64,000 nucleotides of DNA from Octopus sinensis. Taxonomy: Eukaryota. The translations under genes and the position numbers were made by a program. The notes under the pieces were generated by a model, which was not told the origin of the DNA, searched no databases, and was given only the letters and a program-made list of their open reading frames with translations. Each line of letters begins with the position of its first letter. Within the stretch, counting starts at the first letter, position 1. Positions 55,388 through 64,000 of this stretch are shown piece by piece. The stretch spans positions 64,542,001-64,606,000 of the forward strand of contig NC_043001.1 of assembly GCF_006345805.1 (NCBI RefSeq). The letters are read 5' to 3'.

Positions 55388-55700
55388 CTAGCATTATGAC
55401 TCGGCGTTGCCGGGTCATAGTGCTAGTTTGGTATAAATTTGTTAAATTAAAAATTTGGGGTAATAAAACATACAATGACATATTAAAAAGACGAATTAAA
55501 ATTTCGGGGATGCACCAATTAATATGAAACATATCATATATTTAAAATTGACACTCCCCTTGTCAGGATGTTTTTTACACACAACACATAGTACACGGAA
55601 ACAAATGCACAACTACATACCTGCTACATGCGAAAGACCAGACATTACGTACTCCCAAAAATTCTCATAGATACTGAAATCTACTTTATAAGCATATAAT
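55388..55700 (-). mobile_element. Short non-autonomous Helitron
   Basis: CTAG at 55388 with the adjacent hairpin tatgactcggcgttgccgggtcata; the 5' limit is approximate. Confidence 0.6.
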
Positions 55701-56439
55701 TAAATTTAGCAGCTATAGTAAATAGTATGCGCACAGCTCCATCTGGACTAATTCACTTCTGCACTCAATTAAATTTTTCATCTTTTAATTTCTCCCATTC
55801 TTGCAAAGCCACATATTCGAGTTCAAGTCCTTGATACATTTTATACTAATTGCTATTTTTTCTTTTAATTGTTATATTATGATTTAATTACCATTTTAAT
55901 AAAATAAAATATATTTAATTACTACTTACTATATTTAATTCAATTGTTATTATTACCTCTGACTTTTATTGCAATTTTTATTTCTAAATTTCTTATGGAA
56001 CGTCGAGTGGATCTTATGCATACAATATATTTATATATGATGTTTATATATTTATATATTACTATATATTTCTAAACGTCAGGCTTTATGTCTGTTCTGT
56101 AGGTATAAATGAATATATGTATGTGTTTGATCTTTCTGTGGATTTTGTAGTGCTCTTGTAGTTGCTGCTCACATTGCCTCCCCTCGGATTAAAAAGTGTA
56201 TACAGCTCATTTGAGCACTACTATTCCAGTCTGTTATATATTTTGAGCATTGTTGTCACTAACGATCTCAAGATATAACTTTATATTTTGTAATATATAT
56301 ATATATATATATATATACATCCATATACATACAATAGAGAGATGTTTTTGTTTCACTTTTAACATGTAATACTGAAATAGTGGAGAAGATATGATATTGC
56401 TATGGACTCACTCTAGGCAAGAAGTTAAACCTTTTTTTA

Positions 56440-56791
56440 ATAGATTCCTAACTACTCCCACATTTTGCAGTGTAGTTTAACGAAAACCGGGTATCTTATA
56501 GTCGTGATTCATACCGAGCCCTTCTGGGTATTAGCGCGCGTCTACGATGAGTCTATGATTTAAAAAAAAAATTACCATCAATTTTTCCCATTCTTAATGC
56601 ATTTTTGGCATATATAAGGGAAGTAACTCTCTAAAAATTTATTATTAAATCTCAGAACGTAAAAAGCTACAGTAACACCCTCCCTCTTTGTGGTTAGCCA
56701 TATTGAGATGGCTATTATACTTTACATCTCTAAAAATGCTTATATAGTTATTTCCCTTACAAACCCGAGCAACGCCGGGCGATACTGCTAG
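56440..56791 (+). mobile_element. Non-autonomous Helitron, 3' portion
   Basis: Ends cccgagcaacgccgggcgatactgCTAG|T, a hairpin related to the one at 4962. Confidence 0.7.
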
Positions 56792-58021
56792 TTACATATA
56801 ATAGAAAGATTAAATATAAGATAAAAATATAACAATGATTAAGTAATGTTCAAAATAATAAATAAAACGTATATATTTGGTAGAATGACAACATGTGTTT
56901 TGTGGCTATATTTAAGAAATGATTATAGTAAAAATATTAGTAGTAGTAGTAAAATCACTTCAATATAAATATAGTCACTCATCAGGTTAAAGATAACTAC
57001 AATAATAAAATAATTAATTAATAAATATATGTAAATAATCTTTTAAAAAATAAATATATTCTTAAAAATAGATATCTATCTATATATATATATATATATA
57101 TATATAAGATACAAAATATACATTAAGTGAAAACTAAATACAACACTTTAAACTATATACATTAAATCAAATTATTAATTAATACATTTATTTAATAAAC
57201 ATCCAAATAAAGTCTAATTAATACTAAAAACCTTAATATTAATTAATATACACAATGCTAGTACAAGCCTTAAATACCGGAATCAAATATAAGAAATGGT
57301 TCAAATATAGACACACTCATTATATAAACTAACTATATAATTAATATATATGTAGTATCTATATCACTCAATAATATAGTTGACCAAAATATCAATTAAT
57401 ATAAAAACTAATTTACTTAAATGTAATACTACTTGATAAATATACCACCGAATTATTAAACAATGTATTGTCTAACAAAATTAATTCTCAAATTAAATTG
57501 TATATAATACATTAAATCCCTTTATAAAAATAATAATAAAGCATTCTAAATAAATAGATATAATAATTAATAACTATCATAACTTATAACTATCAATATA
57601 TATAAAAATAATAATATTTCAACAACAATATTAATAACAATAATAATAAAAGCCAAATAATATTTATAAGCAAAAACCTTTACTTAGCTTGTCGATGAAA
57701 ATAATATAACTAAATTTTAAATGTAAAAAATATGTAGGTCTTAGTGTTTATAAAAATTAAACGCGTGATGACTTAGTGTTAACAAATAGAATAAATTACC
57801 AATGATTTATAATTATAAATTATTTTTTTCCCTGTAAGTTTGGAATAATATTCCTTCATATATATATTAAAAGTGAGGAAAGCTAGTATAAAGGGTATAG
57901 TTTTATAGCATATTTTCGGACCCCAAAACCTGTTAGCCTAAGACCTCTTCAAAATATGGAGAAGGGAAAGCCTCGCTACAAAGGTAAACAATAGGGGATT
58001 ATCTCCCTTTGCTATTGGCTA

Positions 58022-58423
58022 TCAACTTCTGGCTGTGCGCCATCTTGTGGACCAAAAGGCTAGCAGGAATTTCCTAAAATGTAAACAAGGCCCGAAAATC
58101 TCCATTCTGGAGTTAAGGAATTTCCTAAAATGTAAACAAGGCCCGAAAATCTCCATTCTGGAGTTAAGGATGCTCCTTGCTTCGAGGGAGCCTTTTAGGA
58201 TTCTCGCACGTTCAGCTATGCATAACTTGCAATGCTTTGTCCCATTGATGTAGAGGCCTGGGGTCTTGAGGATTTTCCATAGGATTGAGTATGGAATCCC
58301 ATCATCTTTTAGTTGCCAGATGTGGCTGGCTAGCGATGTTACATATCTTCTTTCCAGAACTCTGAAGGAGTACCACTGGTTGGAAACATGTTGCTTGAGA
58401 GAATTCCTGGTTCATCTGATGTA
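58022..58423 (-). pseudogene. Penelope-like GIY-YIG endonuclease C-terminus
   Basis: YIR*TRNSLKQHVSNQWYSFR..TSLASHIWQLKDDGIPYSILWKIL..NGTKHCKLCIAER..LNSRMEIFGPCLHFRKFL, with an in-frame 51-bp duplication at 58065-58166. Confidence 0.85.
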
Positions 58424-58609
58424 TCTCAGTGGGTGCGTGTTGTTGGTGCTGCACCTGTTCTGTTCTTGTTGCTGATATTGTTGTTGTTGGAGCTGGAGCT
58501 GCTGGTGTTGGTATCACTGGAGGTGATAGGGGTGTCAGTAGTTTTATCACCACTGCCGGTTATTGTGAAGGTGCTGTTGTTGTTAATATTGTTGTTATTG
58601 TTGTTGATA

Positions 58610-58800
58610 CATATGTGTGTGTCTGTGTCTGTTTGTCCTCCACCACCACTTGACAACCAGTTTTGGTGTGTTTATGTCTCCATAGCTTAGCAATTTGGCA
58701 AAAGAAACTGATAAAATAAAGTACCAGGCATAAAAAAATAAATACTGTGATCAATTCATTTGACTAAAATTCTTGAAGGAAGAGCCTTAACACGGCCATA
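58610..58800 (+). mobile_element. SINE family A-related 3' fragment
   Basis: tttgtcctccaccaccacttgacaaccagttttggtgtgtttatgtc is homologous to 62350-62400. Confidence 0.6.
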
Positions 58801-59959
58801 GAAAAGATAATCTCAATAATACTAAAACTCTAGAGATGTTTTTGTGTACCCGAAATATCTCAGAAATAGTATATTTTATCTTAATTTTTTTTGTATTTAT
58901 TTTCATACCTTCGGCAGTGTAGTATAAATTTTTGTGATATTTGGACCTCTATTTAAATGATTAAACACAATTTTTGTTTGTTATTTCCTGACGCAAAACA
59001 AACATGGCTTTTGTGACATCAACACACATATGCACATATAGAATACACACACATATACTGAATGTCAAGGCATGTCAGTCAACACAAACATGTCTTCATA
59101 ATCTCTAAGAAAAAAGGCGACTTTATTTTAATCATAATATTTTAATCATTTAGAAATATTTTTAACTGAATGTGATTTCATCATCTGGAGTTCGTTAATT
59201 TCCATAAAAATTTTTATTTATTTGCTTCTGTTTTAAAGTGAAAGATGTATGTACATGTATATGAAATGGACATGTATGTGTGAAAGAGAGAGAGAGGAAG
59301 AGAGAGAGAGAGAGGAAGGGAGAGAAAGAGAAAGTGAGTGAAGGGGTGTGTTATCATGTATAAGTACAAATGTGTACATCTTTTTTGTATGTATGTGTGC
59401 ATGTGTGTGTGGGAGAGAGAGTGTGTGAGTGAGTGAATGTGTGTGTTCTCATATATGTGTAAGTGGCACTCTCTCTCTCTCACACACACACACACACCCA
59501 TCCATTTCATATACACGTTCATACATCTTTCACTTTCTCCTATCTTTCACAGGTGATTGCAGGATAAGAATTGTTAAAAAGGGCTTCTACTCATGTAAAA
59601 TTTGTACACAAAAGTTTTCAGAATTGCCAATATGGCTAGGGGTAAAAGGTTTTCAATTTAGTTGTATTTAGCATAATTTCACTTACGTATGACCAAATTT
59701 TATTAAATTTCCATTAGGTTTAAGCCCTTATTTTGTCTGTAAATCCTCTTCTGACATTAAATGAGTCAACTTCTGGTTCAAATATTTACATTTTGTAACT
59801 CTCCAACAAAAAACAAAACGTCAACAGTTCCAATTAAATAAGTCCAGAAGTTGGGTTAAATATATATACATGCATAAGTACCATGAATTCCCATTCTACA
59901 AACTGGCAAACAATTCTGTAAATATTTTTTTTACCGAGCAATGCTGGGTAGTAAGTCTA

Positions 59960-59998
<39 letters not shown>

Positions 59999-60364
59999 CT
60001 CTCAACTCTGGGGAAATGGGAGTGTCAGGATAACATATTGCATATCTTGAGCATTTTGAGACTTGATGGAGCCAAGACTGGTGGTTTATTTTTTTCACTT
60101 TGAAAGGATGATGAAAGGCAATATTGACCTCTGTAGTATTTGAGTATGGAGAGTATGAAGAGCCTGAATAAATGCCACAATAAAATCTATCTGATCTTCT
60201 TTTATGTTCATGTACACTTCTACATGTGTTTGTATTCTTGTGTTTTGTGATAATTTAATCAGTCATGTACCCTGTTTGGAGGCTAACTGAGAAATAATGA
60301 AGTTACTTCCAAATTTCAAAAATTTCACCTTCCAATTAGAGAATACAAGTAAGCCATTCCTCCT

Positions 60365-61516
60365 CCTCCTCATTATCATCATCGTTGTCATCATTTAACA
60401 TCCATTTCACATTCTGGCAGGAACTGACAACCCAAAGAGTTGCACCAGGCTCCAATTGTCTCTTTTCACATGGTGCCTGCTGCTGGATGCTCTTCTTAAC
60501 ACCAAACACTTTACACAGTGTACTGGGTGCTTTTTATTTGACACCAGTGAGGAGGCTTTTATGTGGGATCAATATAGATGCTTTTTAGGTGGCACCAGCA
60601 TAGGTGCTTTTTATGTGGAACCAACACCTGTGGGGTCACCAAGTAGCTTGCAAGACAAGGACATCTCAGCTGAGAGAAGGTGTGAACCCATCAGAAAGAA
60701 AATCAGAGTGAGAGAGAGAAGGCCTACCCACAGGGAATGGTGTTGAGGAATATAAGTATTACCTAGGGAATAGAGGAAGATGTTCTATGGGAGTGTGAGG
60801 GGAGATATTTAGAGAGAGCAAATGATGGCAAGAGGAATTGGAGTGACTGGGAGGTATGTAAAGGCAGGGAGGGTGTTTGGATATGCACATGAGGGAAAGT
60901 GGAGAGGCCTACAGTGGGTGAGTAGGTGGGTGCTGGGAAAATGGGTTGTGGGGGAGTTCTGCTAGAAGACAGAATTATGTGTGAGGGGAAGCGGGTATGG
61001 CCATATAGGACATGCCTGTGTGTATAGATGGCCATGATTTTACTTAGTTTGACATGTCTCCACAAGCACTGCAAATCATCAGAAGTCTCAGTCCTTTGTC
61101 ATCTCCTCTATGAGGGCTGAGAGTTTCAAAATCTGAAGATCATTTCTCACCACTTCATTCTATGTCTTCCTGGGTGTACTCCTTTCACAGGTTCCATCCA
61201 CAATTAGAAATCAACACTTCTTTATGCAGCTGTTCTCATTTGTGTACATCGCATGATCATACCAGCACAGTCTTCTCTCTTGCACACCACATCTGATATC
61301 TCTTATGCCCAGTTTTCCTCTTAAATCATTTACATTTTGTTATACATGCCCACTGACATTATCCATCCAGCAGAGTATGTTGGCCTTTTTTAAGTCTTTG
61401 CATCTCCTCCGTAGCCACAGTCCATGTTTCACTGCCATGTAGCATAGCTGTTCACATGCATATATCATGCAATCTGCCTTTCACTCTGAGTGAGTGGCCC
61501 TTTGTTACCAACAGAC
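60365..61516 (-). mobile_element. 5'-truncated RTE LINE
   Basis: 61090-61516 is the reverse complement of the RTE C-terminal coding region; (GAT/GAG)n tail at about 60365-60395. Confidence 0.75.
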
Positions 61517-61634
61517 CATTGTATAGTATAATTTGTAATGATATGAAATTTGTGATTATGCTGATGATGGATTGCTGTATGTTGTACACAAACATTAAAG
61601 TTTACCTTAGCATGTTTATATTTGTTTCTTTCAG

Positions 61635-61751
61635 GAGGATGGTTTGATGATACATTGTGACATCTGTAAATATTGGCAACATGCGGTATGCTTCAAGATA
61701 TTATCTAAGAATGAGATTCCTAAATTTCATGTCTGTGAATCTTGTGCAAAG
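61635..61751 (+). CDS. HORMAD1: Host exon completing the C4HC3 PHD finger (HORMAD/Hop1 chromatin-binding region-like)
   Basis: tttgtttctttcag acceptor; EDGLMIHCDICKYWQHAVCFKILSKNEIPKFHVCESCAK; AAG|GTGTGT donor. It joins CPCGYNQ in phase 0. The PHD call is strong; the gene identity is moderate. Confidence 0.75.
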
Positions 61752-62060
61752 GTGTGTAGAAATATCTTTTTTGCAATCATTTCTGATATTTTGTGTATTT
61801 CATATTCTATTTTTGCATGAGAAGGATAGGACTACAAAGCAAATCAATGCTACATTTGATTACTTCATCTCATATATGAAGTCTAAAATCTGACAACACC
61901 TTACCTTCCTTTCTCTTTATAATCTTACCACACAAACTTTATTATCTAATTGTGTAATTGTGACATATCCATACTAGCAATTGTTTCTTCTGCATTAGCA
62001 GATGTCTTTTATAATTAAACATTCTCTCAGCTCATGTATGTGTGTATATATATATAGTTA

Positions 62061-62545
62061 TAGGCACAGGTATGGCTGTGTGGAGGTGCAGGCATGGTTC
62101 TGTGGAGTCACAGGCATAGCTGTATGGAGGCACTGGCATGGCAGTGTGGAAGGTGCAGGCATGGTTGTGAGGTAAGAAGCTTGCTTCCCAACCACATGGT
62201 TCCATGTTCAGTCCCACTTTGTGGCACTTTGGGCAAGTGTCTTCTACTATAGCCTCAGGCCAACCAAAGCCTTGTGAGTGGATTTGGTAGACAGATACTG
62301 AAAGAAGCCTGTCCTATATATATATATGTATATGTTTGTGTGTCTATGTTTGTCCCTCCACCATTGATTGACAACCGATGTTGGTGTGTTTACATCCTTG
62401 TAACTTAGTGGTTCAGCATGAGAGACCAATAGAATAAGTGCTAAGCTTACAAAGAATAAGTCCTGGGGTCGATTTGTTCTACTAAAGGAAGTGCTTCAGC
62501 ATGGCCGCAGTCAAATGACTGAAACAAATAAAAGAATAAAAGAAT
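62061..62545 (+). mobile_element. SINE family A with five tandem copies of its 5' 22 nt
   Basis: Full SINE body preceded by diverged GGAGGCGCAGGCATGGCTGTGT-like units at 62061-62170. Confidence 0.9.
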
Positions 62546-62632
62546 GTATATATTGTTGTGTCTGGGATGAGTCATTTTGTCTTTACACCTTATTAACTAA
62601 CACACTCACTGGTTCAATTTCCACTCAATTTA

Positions 62633-63300
62633 CCATATTTGATGGCCTATAAGACACATTTTTAAAACCCAAAAATGGCTTTAAAAATCCACTTGTGTCC
62701 AATGCCCTCAATGTAGGCTCAAAACCTGTGACTGTTGGCCAAAATTATACTTCAGAGGTCACGTAGATATAGCTTAGTAGCTCAGCCTACCTCTCTATGA
62801 TATTGTAATAGCCTATTTTATCAAAAAAACATTAGATTATTATTATTATTTATCATCATCATGATTATTATTGCTAATATTATAATTATTATATATGTTG
62901 TTACTATTGATATTTAAATACCCAATAACAGCATCTTAAATGCTTTACATGTTTGTTTACAAAATGTGTGCTGCCACCTTCTATTGAATCATCACTTGAT
63001 GGCAATGCTGCTAACATTCACTGTATGAGGGATAACACGAAATCTTCATTCAGTTGCTCATGAGACACAGGTAAAAGATTTTTTTTTATTTTCTGGATTT
63101 TACCTATACGGATATGGCTATAGGAGGAAAGAGGTTAAGCTACACTATTCGGTACAAGCTTCAGGTAGCAGACTATGCTAAAGAGCATGGAAACAGTAGC
63201 AGCACAGTATTTTGGCCCTCCTTCTATTGAAAAAAAAATGGCATGTTTCTGGCAGCTGCAAGAAAATAAATACAGCCAGCAAAGAAAGGAAACTATAGGC
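62633..63300 (+). mobile_element. pogo-like element 5' part (TIR plus Brinker-type DNA-binding domain remnant)
   Basis: ta|ccatatttgatggcctataagacac TIR-like start; KRLSYTIRYKLQVADYAKEHGN at about 63130-63200. Confidence 0.6.
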
Positions 63301-63384
63301 AAGGGTACGTTTTATGCACTCATGCATCTTATAGGCCTTCAAATATGTTATTTATATATAATTTTCTTTAAGGAGTTTTGTTGT

Positions 63385-63582
63385 TTCTTGCAACCTTCTC
63401 AATATTTAAAAGATGAGGAATTATGTACATTATTTACCTTATTTGCATTATTTACATTTGACAGATATTTGTCCTCATCTTTGTTGCTAACACAGTGTTT
63501 CGGCTGATATACCCTCCAGCCTTCATCAAGTGTTTTGGGGGAAATTTTGAGCCTGGGTTCTCATTCCTAAGGTATTTTTCGA

Positions 63583-63651
<69 letters not shown>

Positions 63652-63711
63652 TAAGGTCAATGCCTGGAATCGAACTCGAATCTTGGGGTTAGTAGCTGCG
63701 CTTTTAACCAC
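63385..63711 (-). mobile_element. tRNA-head/(AAT)n/hammerhead element, inverted 5'-clipped copy
   Basis: Reverse complement of 63730-63961, with a longer AAT tract. Confidence 0.8.
63489..63534 (-). ncRNA. Decayed minimal hammerhead (U3 core)
   Basis: aacac TTGATGA a ggctg/cagcc GAAAC act gtgtt; stem I aacac/gtgtt. Confidence 0.55.
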
Positions 63712-63717
63712 CACATA

Positions 63718-63961
63718 GGCATATGGCGTAGTGGTTAAGAGCGTGGGCTACTAACCCCAAGTTTCCGAGTTCGATTCCAGGCAGTGACCTTAATAATAAT
63801 AATAATAATAACATTGACAAATACCTTAGGAATGAGAACCCAGGTTTGAAAATTCCCCAAGACACTTGATGAAGGCTGGAGGATATATCAGCCAATATGT
63901 GTTAACATCAAACAAGATGAGGACAAATATCCATCAAATGTAAATAAGGTAAATAATGTAC
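63718..63961 (+). mobile_element. tRNA-head/(AAT)n/hammerhead element
   Basis: A box TGGCGTAGTGG (63724-63734), anticodon-like arm ggg-ctactaa-ccc, B box GAGTTCGATTCC (63767-63778), (AAT)n, then a decayed HHR at 63861-63903. Confidence 0.8.
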
Positions 63962-64000
63962 TTCTCAATAGTTACTATTTTACTATTTTACTATTTTACT

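Noticed and set aside
56960-57000. CTGATGAG on the minus strand as a further hammerhead
   Set aside because: There is no GAAA and no convincing stems I or III; at best a heavily decayed copy.
56800-57700. Very AT-rich block considered as a mitochondrial control-region NUMT
   Set aside because: I could not recognise any mitochondrial tRNA, rRNA or protein motif. It lies beside a Penelope remnant and may be TE-derived; a BLAST against the mitogenome would decide.
61635-61751. PHD exon as a fragment of a LINE ORF1 PHD
   Set aside because: It has canonical splice sites and no stops, its phase matches the upstream CPCG exon, and it shows no similarity to the two LINE ORF1 PHDs in this window.
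63718-63790. Functional tRNA-Ser gene
   Set aside because: The ACT anticodon is atypical for eukaryotes, the acceptor stem is poor, there is no poly-T terminator, and it is fused to a repeat tail. Treated as a SINE head.

Overview
Eukaryotic, AT-rich, repeat-dominated DNA, most likely from an octopus; this is inferred from the tRNA-derived SINE, RTE and Helitron families, not from a search. The only host gene visible is a + strand gene with four small phase-compatible exons (2064-2163, 22801-22882, 41913-41989, 61635-61751) separated by introns of about 19-21 kb. The last two exons join into a C4HC3 PHD finger (CPCGYNQ|EDGLMIHCDICKYWQHAVC...CESC), most consistent with a meiotic HORMAD/Hop1 protein that retains its chromatin-binding region. 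The introns are packed with nested transposable elements: a 9.7-kb Helitron-bounded block that splits an RTE LINE in frame, a Tc1 DD34E element with IR/DR ends, two near full-length CR1-type LINEs, a Tx1/L1 LINE, a tandem Helitron pair, remnants of Dong/R4, Gypsy, pogo and Penelope, and many SINEs. The most unusual signal is three unrelated hammerhead-ribozyme (HHR) motifs, each present as a divergent inverted pair. One is a G3-C8 compensatory core variant inside a perfect 136-bp palindrome. One is a canonical HHR in a 2-kb insert that splits a SINE. One is fused to a tRNA-like Pol III head.
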